NCBI RefSeq assembly: GCF_963677315.2
Contig: NZ_CAXXMJ010000002.1
Coordinates: 516,006 to 580,005, forward strand
Direction: 5' to 3'
From: an uncultured Sphaerochaeta sp.
GTDB lineage: Bacteria > Spirochaetota > Spirochaetia > Sphaerochaetales > Sphaerochaetaceae
Length of the DNA: 64,000 nt
Shown here: piece after piece, positions 18,015 to 27,770 of the stretch
How positions within the stretch are numbered: the stretch's first letter is position 1
Layout of the letters: each line of letters begins with the position of its first letter
Translations under genes and position numbers: made by a program
Notes under the pieces: model-generated
The model's database searches: none
Seen by the model: the letters and a program-made list of their open reading frames with translations, nothing else
Told to the model about the DNA's origin: nothing

Positions 18015-19289
18015 TTACTCCTTGATTCGTTTCTTGCAGTTTTCCAAGAGGTAGGCTTCTGCTTCAGCTGACCACAATCCATTGTGCTTATCAACAAGCT
18101 TTGCAAGTTCAGCAAACACCTCATTGGTTTTACCCAGTTCAGCAAGATCGGTCAGTGCTGTGAGGGGGAAGTCAAGATGAGTATACATCATCTTCTTTCC
18201 ACCAGGGATATTTGGCAGGTTGATCACTGCCTCGGGAACTGCTGAGAGCCCTCCGATATGGGTTACCATTGCTGCAGGGTTGATCAACCTCTTTTCCATC
18301 AGGTGCAATGACTCTCTCATATCATCGGTATTACCACCACTGGTACCCACAATGTGTGTGGAAGCGTAGTGCACGTTGTAGAAGTTCATGCTTGCAGTGA
18401 AATCTGTTTTGTTTGGACCGGCGAAGAAATTCAGACAACCATCCTTTGCGAGGATTGCATCGGCCTGCTCTACCAGCATTCTTACAGGAGCCATGACCAG
18501 CACATCATCGTAGCCCTTTCCATCAGTGTATTCCATCAAGGTTGCATTCGGGTCACTGTAGTTCTTGGTATTGACGTAGATCAGCTCAACCCCGTTCTGC
18601 TTGGCATCCTCAACGCTGTACAGATCCTGTGCACGTTTGAGGCGTGCATCATCTATGTCGGTAACGACCAAGCGACCGGGCTTACGATCAGGGTTGTGCA
18701 CTGCATAGTCAATTGCAGAGAGCCCCATGGGGCCAACCCCGGCAAGAATTGCCATATTGCCACCCTCGACGATTCCCATCTTGTGCTCATACGAACCATT
18801 AGTCGTGTGGTACATGGCGTGGAAGGTTCCAACGACACAGGAAACAGGTTCAGCAAGACTTCCGAGGAAGAAGGCATCCCCATCATAAGGGAGCAAGCAA
18901 TCCAGTTCCATTACCTGATGAGGGATCACCACATAGGTTGCGTCCCCTCCGATGTACTGGAACGAATATCCAGGGGCATCAAGGGTACCCTGGTAATTCA
19001 AAGCTGGCTGGATAGAGAAACGTGAACCAACCTTGAACTTATCCTGCCACTTCTTTCCTACCTCAACGATTTCTCCACAGAACTCATGACCCAGCATGAT
19101 CGGGTTCTTGTCGACATCATCGGGGACTCTCTTATGGCTTGCACCCTGCTCAGCGGCCTTGTGGTCGCTCATGCAGATACTATTGGTTATCACTTTTGCG
19201 AGGATTTCGTCCTCAGCAATCTGGGGAAGTTCAAACTCTTCGAGGCGAAGATCATTCACTCCATACAGACGGATAGCACGTGTTTTCAT
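18015..19289 (-). CDS. Long (424-aa) Zn-dependent MDR dehydrogenase, ketose-1-phosphate-reductase (SorE)-like
   Basis: GHEFCGEIVEVG Zn motif and GVGPMGL Rossmann motif. The length and N-terminus (MKTRAIRLYGVNDLRLEEFELPQI..ILAKV..SICMSDHK) resemble L-sorbose-1-P reductases as I remember them; this is unverified. Start at ATG 19289 with AGGAG 7 nt upstream and the SDR stop inside the SD region. Confidence 0.6.
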   Translation of the reverse strand: MKTRAIRLYGVNDLRLEEFELPQIAEDEILAKVITNSICMSDHKAAEQGASHKRVPDDVDKNPIMLGHEFCGEIVEVGKKWQDKFKVGSRFSIQPALNYQGTLDAPGYSFQYIGGDATYVVIPHQVMELDCLLPYDGDAFFLGSLAEPVSCVVGTFHAMYHTTNGSYEHKMGIVEGGNMAILAGVGPMGLSAIDYAVHNPDRKPGRLVVTDIDDARLKRAQDLYSVEDAKQNGVELIYVNTKNYSDPNATLMEYTDGKGYDDVLVMAPVRMLVEQADAILAKDGCLNFFAGPNKTDFTASMNFYNVHYASTHIVGTSGGNTDDMRESLHLMEKRLINPAAMVTHIGGLSAVPEAVINLPNIPGGKKMMYTHLDFPLTALTDLAELGKTNEVFAELAKLVDKHNGLWSAEAEAYLLENCKKRIKE

Positions 19290-19299
19290 TTCTATTCTC

Positions 19300-20460
19300 C
19301 TAATTAAGCATGACCTGGCCACCGGTTACGGGAACCGCCTGACCTGTCTCGTAGGTCTGTTCGACTATGTAGAGAAGTGCCTTCATGACGTCCTCTGTGC
19401 GACATCCACGATTCATCGGCACCTTCGATTCATAGAACCGTCTTACATCGGCAACACTTTTCGCTCCTGGAACCTTTCCCGCTTCCAGGTACTGCACGAA
19501 CAACCCTCTCTTCGGGTCCGACCAAAGCGGACCGTCAAGGAAGTTGCCCGGACAGATTGCGTTGACCTTAATGTTATCCTCAACCAGCTCCAGAGCAAAA
19601 CTCTGTGTAAGTCCGATGGTCCCAAATTTGGCACCGGCATAGGCGCCATTCTTATTGGAACCTTCCAATCCGGACTTACTGGAGATGGCAATAATATCAG
19701 TAAAATACGAAGCACTGGGAATATTCTGCAAAGCCATCAGTCTGGAGGCAAACTTTGTGCAGATAAAGAATCCAGTATAGTCAACGTTGGTAACAAACTG
19801 GAAATCCTTCAACTCCATCACCTTCACTGAACCGGCACGAAGAACCCCTGCATTGGAGACAAACAGATCCAATCCACCGGTCTCTTCAGCTACCTGATTC
19901 ATCATAGCCTCGACACTCTTCTCATCAGTAACATTGACTGTGAGCGGTTTGGAAACAGTGATGCAGGCTTCCCAGTTCAGCTCATCACTGAGCTTTTTTG
20001 CCCCATCTGCGTTCATATCTGCTATATAGACAAAGGCTCCATGCTCAACAAGGGAGCGAACCATGCCCTCCCCAAAACCTTGGGCACCACCGGTAACCAA
20101 GGCTACCTTGTCTCGAACGACATCTGCCCGACTGAATGTAGGAGGAAGCGTGGGGAGCAAGCTTACCCCTTCCGCCCTAAAGGCCTCATCATAGTTGGTC
20201 CCGAGCCCGTACTGAAGGTCCATTCCTGCAATTCCTATTACAAAAGGGAAAACCTTTCTCTCTGAAGTGTAGGCATCGAGCAACTTCTTCCACGCCATTG
20301 AGGTCTCTTCGATGCTTGCAAACTCTTGTGGAGATGGCAAGGAAAGGTCCACCTTCTTGCCAGTGACACGGTGTATAAACAAACCTTTCTGACCATCAAA
20401 GGTCAAGCCACGAAGCACTGGGGGAATTTCAAAGTTAATCTGTTCTGTAAACGTAGTCAT
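19300..20460 (-). CDS. SDR-family oxidoreductase, sorbitol-6-P dehydrogenase (SrlD)-like core with a ~120-aa N-terminal extension
   Basis: The core from VALVTGGAQGFG through YAGAKFG to TGGQVMLN aligns with E. coli SrlD (from memory). The first ~120 aa have no SDR motifs. The AAGGAG SD overlaps the PHP gene stop. Confidence 0.7.
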   Translation of the reverse strand: MTTFTEQINFEIPPVLRGLTFDGQKGLFIHRVTGKKVDLSLPSPQEFASIEETSMAWKKLLDAYTSERKVFPFVIGIAGMDLQYGLGTNYDEAFRAEGVSLLPTLPPTFSRADVVRDKVALVTGGAQGFGEGMVRSLVEHGAFVYIADMNADGAKKLSDELNWEACITVSKPLTVNVTDEKSVEAMMNQVAEETGGLDLFVSNAGVLRAGSVKVMELKDFQFVTNVDYTGFFICTKFASRLMALQNIPSASYFTDIIAISSKSGLEGSNKNGAYAGAKFGTIGLTQSFALELVEDNIKVNAICPGNFLDGPLWSDPKRGLFVQYLEAGKVPGAKSVADVRRFYESKVPMNRGCRTEDVMKALLYIVEQTYETGQAVPVTGGQVMLN

Positions 20461-20469
20461 TGCTTCTCC

Positions 20470-21786
20470 TTAGAACTGTTGCACGAGGGAATATGGGTCA
20501 TGGGTATTCATTTTTCTTCCTAGTGCTGCGTAATGTTTCAACTTCTCATCGAGAGAAGACCCCGACATTGGATTTTGAGGATGGAACAGACCAAGCGTAT
20601 CATCACAGGAGGCGAGCTTCTCATGCGCTACCAGCGCCCAAGCTGCATCAACGAGATGCCTGGCCGTAGGTTCCAACAACTCAGGACAGTTCATACTCTG
20701 CCTGCTGCTGTTGATATCGACCCCACTGATCTCCATCAGGTTTCTCTCCCTGGCAAGCTTCTGCAAACGAAGCATCTGCTCCTTGGTATTGCGAGGAGGC
20801 ATATAGGTCACCGCAGGGAAGCCAATATCCACTAGCAGGTCCAGCAGCTCCTCCAGAAACTCATCCTCAAACTTCTCTGCCTTCTTATCCCCGGTCACAC
20901 TCTCAGCCACATCCCCAAGATAGGCATAGGCTGCGATAGCACCAATGCTGTTGGCAAAGGAGACTACCTCACGAACATCCAGACACTCCTCCTTGGAAGG
21001 TTGGATGAAAAACCGAGGAAGGAAGGTACTCTTGTAGACTCCCAAGAGATCATATGCATAGTGGGGATTGTCCTTGTCCAACAACCAATCCTGCACCTTT
21101 CCAGCGAGGGTTAGTCCCAGGTCCTTCTTGAGGAAGTGGACCAGGTTCTCCCCTTTTCCAAACATGGCGATACTCTGGTTTGCCATAGCATAGAGAATGT
21201 GCCGTTCAGTAACAGAACCCCCTTTGTCAGCTCTGCTTAGGGGGAGAACATCCCTTTCAAAATCAAGGTCGAAGCCAAACGTCCCTACCAGAGCCTGCAA
21301 AGCTTCCACTTGTGCCTTGTTGCGTTGGTTTCGAATCGCCTGGACAGGCTTCAGGAACTCCTCGACTGTAGCGATATGCTGTTTAGGAACTCCGTGGACG
21401 CACATATAGGCTATTCCGATGCTGTCCGGATTGTTGAGCTTTCTATCTGCGAGCGGAGTATCGAGAAAACTCGTTCTCAGCTCGAATCCTACCGTACTGG
21501 CAATCCCGATATTCTGTGCTGCTTCCAGCATCTCCTGTGCCGCACCAATGCTGTCATGGTCAATACTACCCACAATACCCAGCCCTGCCTTCCAGGCAGC
21601 ATACGCTGCTGCAGAAGGCTCATAGGGACTGAATGAGTAGGTGGTATGCACATGATTGTTCACCTCTTCAAGCGCGGTCCTCTTAAGAGAGCCACCTTGA
21701 ATCAGGGAACCAATCTCACTACTCGAGGTAAGTCGAGTAGTAAGATCTCTATCATTGATGCTTTTTTCAAGCTGTTTCAAATCCAT
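20470..21786 (-). CDS. PHP (polymerase/histidinol-phosphatase) domain metal-dependent phosphoesterase, function unknown
   Basis: N-terminal PHP motif NNHVHTTYSFS, then GSIDHDS. 438 aa. AAGGAAAG SD directly after the E1 stop. Confidence 0.6.
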   Translation of the reverse strand: MDLKQLEKSINDRDLTTRLTSSSEIGSLIQGGSLKRTALEEVNNHVHTTYSFSPYEPSAAAYAAWKAGLGIVGSIDHDSIGAAQEMLEAAQNIGIASTVGFELRTSFLDTPLADRKLNNPDSIGIAYMCVHGVPKQHIATVEEFLKPVQAIRNQRNKAQVEALQALVGTFGFDLDFERDVLPLSRADKGGSVTERHILYAMANQSIAMFGKGENLVHFLKKDLGLTLAGKVQDWLLDKDNPHYAYDLLGVYKSTFLPRFFIQPSKEECLDVREVVSFANSIGAIAAYAYLGDVAESVTGDKKAEKFEDEFLEELLDLLVDIGFPAVTYMPPRNTKEQMLRLQKLARERNLMEISGVDINSSRQSMNCPELLEPTARHLVDAAWALVAHEKLASCDDTLGLFHPQNPMSGSSLDEKLKHYAALGRKMNTHDPYSLVQQF

Positions 21787-21798
21787 GGGCTTTCCTTA

Positions 21799-24252
21799 TC
21801 AGACGCCGAGTCTGCTTGTCCTAAAGAACTCACCGTCAGTGAAATTGCTCTGGGGGACATATTCGGGAATCGGCAAAATCTGTTCGTGGATGGCATCCAG
21901 TACCGAGTACGCCTGTGCAAAGTAGTACTCCTCCATTTCTGCTGGCGGTGTGATCCAGTTCTTCGACCCGACCACAATTGTCGGAGCATCGAGATAGTCA
22001 AAGGCAAGCCTGCTGAGGTTGGAGCTTACGGTGTGCAGATAACTGCCACGTTCTGAGCTGTCGGTCACGAAGACTGCTCTTCCCGTCTTCTTCACTGATT
22101 CGATCAACAACTCATACTTGAGTGGGTTGATCCATCTCAGGTCGATCACCTCTGCCTCAATCCCCTTCTCGGCAAGCTGTTCTGCTGCCTTGGTTGCTGT
22201 ATAGAGAGCGGGTCCAAGGGCAATAAGCGTTACATCCTTACCTTCCCTTCTGATTACCGGTTCTCCTTCAGGAATCTCGTAGTAGCCCTCGGGAACACCT
22301 TCCTTCACGAACATCTCGCCAATTCCATAGAGTTTCTGGCTCTCAAAGAATACCACAGGGTCAGTACCACGGAGTGCGTAATTGAGCATGCCTTTCACAT
22401 CATACGGTGTTGCAGGATACATTGCCTTCAATCCGGGGACGGAAGCGACCATGCTGGTCCATTCCTGTGAGTGCTGTGCACCATACTTGTTACCAACTGA
22501 TACACGGAGCACAAGTGGCATCTTCAGGACACCGGCGCTCATTGCCTGCCATTTGGGCATCTGGTTGAATACCTCATCCCCTGCACAACCAAGGAAGTCA
22601 CAGTACATCAACTCGACAACTGCTCGTCCACCGGCCATCGCGTAGCCTACACCGCTTCCGACAATTGCTGATTCAGCGATTGGGGAGTTGAAGAAACGGG
22701 AAGGAGGAAGCAGTTCGGTAAGACCGCGGTAGCAGGCAAATGCCCCACCCCAATCTCGGTGATCCTCTCCATAGGCAACCATCGTCGGGTCAATGGAGAA
22801 GCGATGTGCCATTGCCTCGAAGACCGCATCACGATACTGGTACTGCTTTGCAGCAGGCAGTTCCTTGCCGTTCTCGTCGTAGGCATAGCGACTTCTGCGG
22901 GCAATCTGCTTCACCCTTGCATTGTCTTCCAGCTTCTCGAGGAGTACTGGTTCGCCATCATCAAGCTTCTCAACACTACCATTGGAGAACATCACGGACT
23001 CGACAAAATGCTCATCCACCATAGGGCTGAGTACCGGATCAACGGTAATCTCGAGTGTCTTTCTCATCTTCTCTTCAAGGACCGTATCAAACTGATCAAG
23101 CTCTTCCTGGCTTACAACTTTGTTCTCCAGGAGATAGTTGCCGTAGGCTACGATTGGATCCTGGTTACGGAATGCTTCCAGCTCTTCCTTCGTTCTGTAG
23201 GTCATTGCATCACTGGGGCTATGGCCGCTGTAGCGGTAGGTGATGGTATCCATGAACGCTGGACCCTCTCCCTTGAGGAGGATTTCTTTCTTGCGTGCCG
23301 TGGCATCTGCTACAGCAAGAGGGTTGAATCCATCAACACGCTCGGTGTGCATGGAGTATTCGTTGATAGCAGAGGCAACCCTTGCAGCAACCTTGTAGCC
23401 CATGGTCTCACCAACAGGCTGACCGCCCATGGCATAGAGGTTGTCAAAACAGTTGAGCATGAAAGGAGGATATCCTGGATTGTCTTCCCAGAGAGTCTTG
23501 TACTGGTCCATGGAGGATAGTACCAATCCTTCATAGACAGGACCACGTGCAAGCGCTCCATCACCGATATTGGCAATAACGATTCCCTTCTTTCGGTTGA
23601 TCTTCTTATAGAGGGAAGCACCTACTGCTATGGTACAGGAACCTCCGACAATTGCGTTGTTGGGCATGCTTCCAAAGGGCTTGAAGAAGGTATGCATTGA
23701 ACCACCAAGACCTGCTGAGAATCCAGGCTTCTTGGCATAAATTTCTGCCAATGCACCGTACAGTACAAAGTTCTCTGCAAGGTCACGAACATTCTCTCCG
23801 GGGAAGTGCTTCTCTACAATCTTGTAGGTCCCCCCATCCATGAATGACTCCATGATGGCAAGCAGTTCCTTGTCCTCCATCTTATAGATCGCACTCATGC
23901 TCTTGGCGAGAATCTCACCATGGCTACGGTGTGAACCAAAGATCTGATCCTCTGGATCGAGTACCATTGCCTGCCCGACAGCAGCACTTTCCTGACCGGA
24001 TGAGAGGTGGGCTGGTCCACGGTGGTTGTATGAAATTCCCTGATACACACCCTCTTTCTTGATGGTGTCCAACATGGTCTCAAATTTTCTAATCAAGAGC
24101 ATGTCATAGTAAGCACGGATCAGGCGTTCCTTTCCGTATTGCTTGAGCTCTTTCTTGATGTTGCTCTTGTACTGGTTAACAGGAATCGAGGGTGTTTCAA
24201 TAGTGAGAGGCTCCCTCAATTTTGCTGGATCAAATGGTATCGTTCTGGCCAT
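21799..24252 (-). CDS. Fused E1 alpha-beta component of a 2-oxoacid/acetoin dehydrogenase complex (TPP-dependent)
   Basis: Alpha half: GSHRSHGE, GLGGSMH, TPP motif NIGDGALARG. Beta half: FNSPIAESAIVGSGVGYAMAGGRAVVELMYCDF, then a transketolase-C-like end. Single uninterrupted 817-aa ORF. Confidence 0.8.
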   Translation of the reverse strand: MARTIPFDPAKLREPLTIETPSIPVNQYKSNIKKELKQYGKERLIRAYYDMLLIRKFETMLDTIKKEGVYQGISYNHRGPAHLSSGQESAAVGQAMVLDPEDQIFGSHRSHGEILAKSMSAIYKMEDKELLAIMESFMDGGTYKIVEKHFPGENVRDLAENFVLYGALAEIYAKKPGFSAGLGGSMHTFFKPFGSMPNNAIVGGSCTIAVGASLYKKINRKKGIVIANIGDGALARGPVYEGLVLSSMDQYKTLWEDNPGYPPFMLNCFDNLYAMGGQPVGETMGYKVAARVASAINEYSMHTERVDGFNPLAVADATARKKEILLKGEGPAFMDTITYRYSGHSPSDAMTYRTKEELEAFRNQDPIVAYGNYLLENKVVSQEELDQFDTVLEEKMRKTLEITVDPVLSPMVDEHFVESVMFSNGSVEKLDDGEPVLLEKLEDNARVKQIARRSRYAYDENGKELPAAKQYQYRDAVFEAMAHRFSIDPTMVAYGEDHRDWGGAFACYRGLTELLPPSRFFNSPIAESAIVGSGVGYAMAGGRAVVELMYCDFLGCAGDEVFNQMPKWQAMSAGVLKMPLVLRVSVGNKYGAQHSQEWTSMVASVPGLKAMYPATPYDVKGMLNYALRGTDPVVFFESQKLYGIGEMFVKEGVPEGYYEIPEGEPVIRREGKDVTLIALGPALYTATKAAEQLAEKGIEAEVIDLRWINPLKYELLIESVKKTGRAVFVTDSSERGSYLHTVSSNLSRLAFDYLDAPTIVVGSKNWITPPAEMEEYYFAQAYSVLDAIHEQILPIPEYVPQSNFTDGEFFRTSRLGV

Positions 24253-24263
24253 ATTGTTACTCC

Positions 24264-25616
24264 TTACAGACTATGGTCGAGTGCAAAGCAAGCATCCTTG
24301 ATAAGCTCGGATACACTCGGGTGTGGAAATACTATCTCTTTGACGTCCTGGACTCTTAGCTCTGCTTCAATGAGAGCAGAAGCGCCCCAGATAATCTCGC
24401 TGCTGTAGGGTCCCAGCAGATGAACTCCAAGAATGGCACCACTTTCCTGGTGACAGATCACTTTCACCAAGCCTGATGCACGCTTGCCTTGCTCAGCAAG
24501 GAAACGACCGTTTGCACGCATCTGTACGGTTTGACTCTTCACAGGAATGCCTTTCTCCTTGGCTTCCTTTTCTGTGATGCCACAACCAGCTGCCTCGGGA
24601 TTCGAGTAAACAGCCCAGGGAATTGCGTTGTAGCGCATGCGCATCTCTTTTGAACCGAAGATATTGGAGATGGCAACTTCTGCCATGCGGGATGCACTAT
24701 GGGCAAGGAGGGAGCGACCATTCACATCACCGATTGCCCAGATATTGGCAACATTGGTCTGCAGACGGTCATTTACCACTACCCCTTGTCGGTCGATATC
24801 CACTCCAAGCTTCTCCAGCCCCTGCGTGTTCGGCCTACGCCCAACACTCATCAGGACCAGCGCTGCTTCAGTGGACTGTTTATTTCCTTTGGCATCGGTA
24901 TAGAACACTGCTTCCTTGGTAATTTCCTCTACCTTGCAACCAAGGCGGAAGTCCACTTCCTTAAGCTCGCGTCTCATCAGCTTGGCGAATTCACCATCCA
25001 TCATGGGGAGAATTTCATCCATCATCTCTATGACGGTGACCTTGGTCCCAATCATGGAGAAGAACGAGGCAAATTCGATCCCGATAACCCCACCCCCGAT
25101 GACAACGAGAGATTTGGGCACTTTCTCGAGATCCAGGATCTCATTACTGGTAAGCACATGCTCCAGCTTTGCACCAGGGATAGGTGGAACAAAAGCGGAA
25201 GAGCCGGTAGCGATCATCAGGTAAGAACCTTCGTAGATGGTATCACCTACTTTCACATGATGAGGGTCAATGAATTCAGCTTCACCAAAAACTGTTTCCA
25301 CCTTGTTCGATTTCATCAGGAACTCTATACCACTCCTGAGTGTCCCCACCGTATCATTCTTCCAGATCATTGCATCAGGGAGGCTGAATGTCACCGAAGC
25401 AGCCTCAACACCATGTTTTGCACCATCAAGTGCATGATGGTAGAGTTTCGCACTATTGAGAAGACTCTTGGTGGGGATACACCCCCAGTTTGTACAGACT
25501 CCTCCAAGGTGCCCTCTCTCTATGAGCAGGACCTTCTTGCCAAGTGCCCCTGCTCTTTCTGCGGCAACATATCCGCCAGGACCGCTGCCAACTACGATTA
25601 AATCATATTTACTCAT
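24264..25616 (-). CDS. lpd: Dihydrolipoyl dehydrogenase (E3)
   Basis: FAD motif VVGSGPGGY, redox disulfide CTNWGCIPTK, NAD motif VIGGGVIGIE, C-terminal HPSVSE. Confidence 0.9.
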   Translation of the reverse strand: MSKYDLIVVGSGPGGYVAAERAGALGKKVLLIERGHLGGVCTNWGCIPTKSLLNSAKLYHHALDGAKHGVEAASVTFSLPDAMIWKNDTVGTLRSGIEFLMKSNKVETVFGEAEFIDPHHVKVGDTIYEGSYLMIATGSSAFVPPIPGAKLEHVLTSNEILDLEKVPKSLVVIGGGVIGIEFASFFSMIGTKVTVIEMMDEILPMMDGEFAKLMRRELKEVDFRLGCKVEEITKEAVFYTDAKGNKQSTEAALVLMSVGRRPNTQGLEKLGVDIDRQGVVVNDRLQTNVANIWAIGDVNGRSLLAHSASRMAEVAISNIFGSKEMRMRYNAIPWAVYSNPEAAGCGITEKEAKEKGIPVKSQTVQMRANGRFLAEQGKRASGLVKVICHQESGAILGVHLLGPYSSEIIWGASALIEAELRVQDVKEIVFPHPSVSELIKDACFALDHSL

Positions 25617-25625
25617 GTATCCTCC

Positions 25626-26960
25626 CTACAGTGCCAACAAGAGATCAATGGAGGCGATGTTGTCCATCAAGGCTTTCAGGAAGCGTGCAGCATCTGCACC
25701 ATCGACTGCCTGGTGGTCCATTGTCAGCGAGAGACCAATCTTTTCAATAAAGACGATATCCCCATCCTCATCCTCTACAGGTGTGAGGGTAATGCCGCCA
25801 ACCCCAAGGATTGCAACCTCAGGCACGTTGAGTACCGGGGTGAATGCATCAATACCAAAGGCTCCTACATTACTTACCGTGAAGGTTGAACCACTGAGTT
25901 CGTCAGGCTGGGCACTTCCTTCCTTGCACTTATCAATCAGGGCCTTGGTCTCTTCAGAGAGCTGGCGGAGGCTGAGCATGTCACTATTGCGCACCACAGG
26001 GACCAGAAGACCCTTCGGTGTGTCGGTAGCGACACCAAGATGCACATGACTAAAGCGCAGCATCTTATCTCCAAGGAAGTGTGCATTGAAGGCAGGGAAC
26101 TCCAACAAGGTTCTGCTGACGGCAAAGAGAATCAAGTCATTGATCGTAACCTTGTTCAAACCAAGCTCACTCTTGGCACTCTTGAATCCTGCTCTCAGAC
26201 GTTTCAGGGCACGTGCATCAGCCTGGGCATGAAGGGTAAGCTGGCATGTGGAATGAATGGATTCCATCATCCTCCTGGCAGTCACCTTTCTCACTCCCTT
26301 CACAGGTATCTCCTGAATCTCTTCAGAGACTTCTCCCATGCGTGATGGGGCAGCAATCGCAGGTTTCACCTGTAGGTCTGAAGAGAGGACTCTTCCTCCC
26401 ATGCCACTACCACGTCCTGGAGCCTGGAGCCCCTGTTCAAGTGCCTGCTCTCTTGCAACCGGACTGAGAGGCTCTCCAGCCACTGAGGCTACATCACGTT
26501 CAATGATGCGGCCTTTCGGACCGGTGGGCTGTACAGAGGAGAGAGATACTCCCATGGAGGAAGCCAGATTGCGTGCCCTGGGGCTGGAGCCCTGAGCCTT
26601 GTCGGCCGTAGAGGGAGGAGTAGCTTTTTCAGGTTGTGTATCCTCAGCTGTTGCTGTTTCCTGTTTCTCTTCCTTTGGTTCTTCTTTATTGGTTTCTGTC
26701 TTGGGAAGCTCGACCTTCTCGCCTTCCTCTCCGACCATGACGATGGGAACCATTACGGGAACATCATCCCCTTCCTCATACAGTAAGGCCAGGACTACAC
26801 CTTCAGCGGTCGATTCAACGTCAATGGTTGACTTATCGGTCTCTGCTGAGCATAGGACATCCCCTACAGCAACCTTGTCACCTACTTTGACATTCCATTC
26901 CACAATAATGCAGGATTCCACTGAGTTTCCCTGTTTGGGCATCACAACTTGTTGTGCCAT
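25626..26960 (-). CDS. Dihydrolipoamide acyltransferase (E2) with one lipoyl domain
   Basis: Lipoyl-lysine motif SAETDKST, a Pro/Glu/Lys-rich linker, a subunit-binding domain (GPKGRIIERDV) and the catalytic motif DHQAVDGADAARF. Confidence 0.85.
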   Translation of the reverse strand: MAQQVVMPKQGNSVESCIIVEWNVKVGDKVAVGDVLCSAETDKSTIDVESTAEGVVLALLYEEGDDVPVMVPIVMVGEEGEKVELPKTETNKEEPKEEKQETATAEDTQPEKATPPSTADKAQGSSPRARNLASSMGVSLSSVQPTGPKGRIIERDVASVAGEPLSPVAREQALEQGLQAPGRGSGMGGRVLSSDLQVKPAIAAPSRMGEVSEEIQEIPVKGVRKVTARRMMESIHSTCQLTLHAQADARALKRLRAGFKSAKSELGLNKVTINDLILFAVSRTLLEFPAFNAHFLGDKMLRFSHVHLGVATDTPKGLLVPVVRNSDMLSLRQLSEETKALIDKCKEGSAQPDELSGSTFTVSNVGAFGIDAFTPVLNVPEVAILGVGGITLTPVEDEDGDIVFIEKIGLSLTMDHQAVDGADAARFLKALMDNIASIDLLLAL

Positions 26961-26972
26961 GTGTTCACTCCT

Positions 26973-27737
26973 CTACTTTGCAATAAGGACCTCAACACCC
27001 TGCTCCTCGAGCTGGGTGATCAGGTCCGCAGGAAAACCACTGTCTGTGACAATGGTATCTATCTCTGTTACCGGCATAATCCGCACAAACCCACGATTCC
27101 CCACTTTTGAGGAATCAACGCACAAAACCCGCCGTGTGGCTTGTGCGCACATACGTTGTACCACCTGTGCATTTTCGATCAAGCTGGTGGTAAGTCCATG
27201 TTCCATGGTAAATCCATCTGTACCGAAGAAGGTGGTGGATACATGGTAGTTCTCTATCTGGGAAATGGCAGCAGGCCCGACAAGGGCCTCGGCTTCGCTT
27301 CGGTACTCACCACCAACCAGTGTGACCTGGAGCTGGGTATTTGCCCGTGCATAGGGCAGAATAAGCGTTGAATTGGTAACCACCCGTACATTTCTTTTCC
27401 CGAATATGTGTCTGGGAATCAGGGAACAGGTGGACCCATTGGTAATCATGATAAAGTCATTATCCTTCACCAAGGTGGCAGCAAGTTTTGCAATCAGGTC
27501 TTTTTTTGGAGTATTGGTATCGTCACGAAAGGCTGCTTGGGGAGCGGATGCAACCACGACCCGGCCGTGGCTTCGTATAACCAGTCCTTTGGAATCCAGA
27601 TCCCGTAAATCTCCCCTGATGGTAACCGCAGAAACTCCAAGCTCTTCGCTGAGCCTGGATACAGGATACTCTTCACCACTTTTCAGAAGCTGGAGTATGT
27701 GTTTTTCCCGAGGGGAAAGCCCTATCATATGATACAC
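26973..27737 (-). CDS. DeoR/GlpR-family transcriptional regulator
   Basis: N-terminal wHTH (YPVSRLSEELGVSAVTIRGDLRDLDSKGLV) plus a DeoR C-terminal sugar-phosphate sensor domain. It is the first gene of the tightly packed 8-gene unit. Confidence 0.85.
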   Translation of the reverse strand: MYHMIGLSPREKHILQLLKSGEEYPVSRLSEELGVSAVTIRGDLRDLDSKGLVIRSHGRVVVASAPQAAFRDDTNTPKKDLIAKLAATLVKDNDFIMITNGSTCSLIPRHIFGKRNVRVVTNSTLILPYARANTQLQVTLVGGEYRSEAEALVGPAAISQIENYHVSTTFFGTDGFTMEHGLTTSLIENAQVVQRMCAQATRRVLCVDSSKVGNRGFVRIMPVTEIDTIVTDSGFPADLITQLEEQGVEVLIAK

Positions 27738-27770
27738 TCCTACTTTCTTATCACTTTCGTTACGCTTTCG

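Noticed and set aside
20447-20460. A third LacI-type site, TGTAAACGTAGTCA, overlapping the SDR start codon
   Set aside because: Only the left half-site matches, with three mismatches in the right half. It lies inside a translationally coupled operon junction where no promoter is expected.
24699-25601. 300-aa plus-strand ORF opposite lpd, together with the neighbouring antisense ORFs 25456..26049 and 26599..27249
   Set aside because: They are antisense to strongly recognisable E3 and E2 genes. They have no family motifs and no ribosome-binding sites. They are shadow ORFs in a relatively GC-rich stretch.
26560-26760. The Pro/Glu/Lys/Thr-rich low-complexity stretch in the E2 gene, considered as a possible repeat element
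   Set aside because: It is the normal flexible linker between the lipoyl and subunit-binding domains of E2 proteins.
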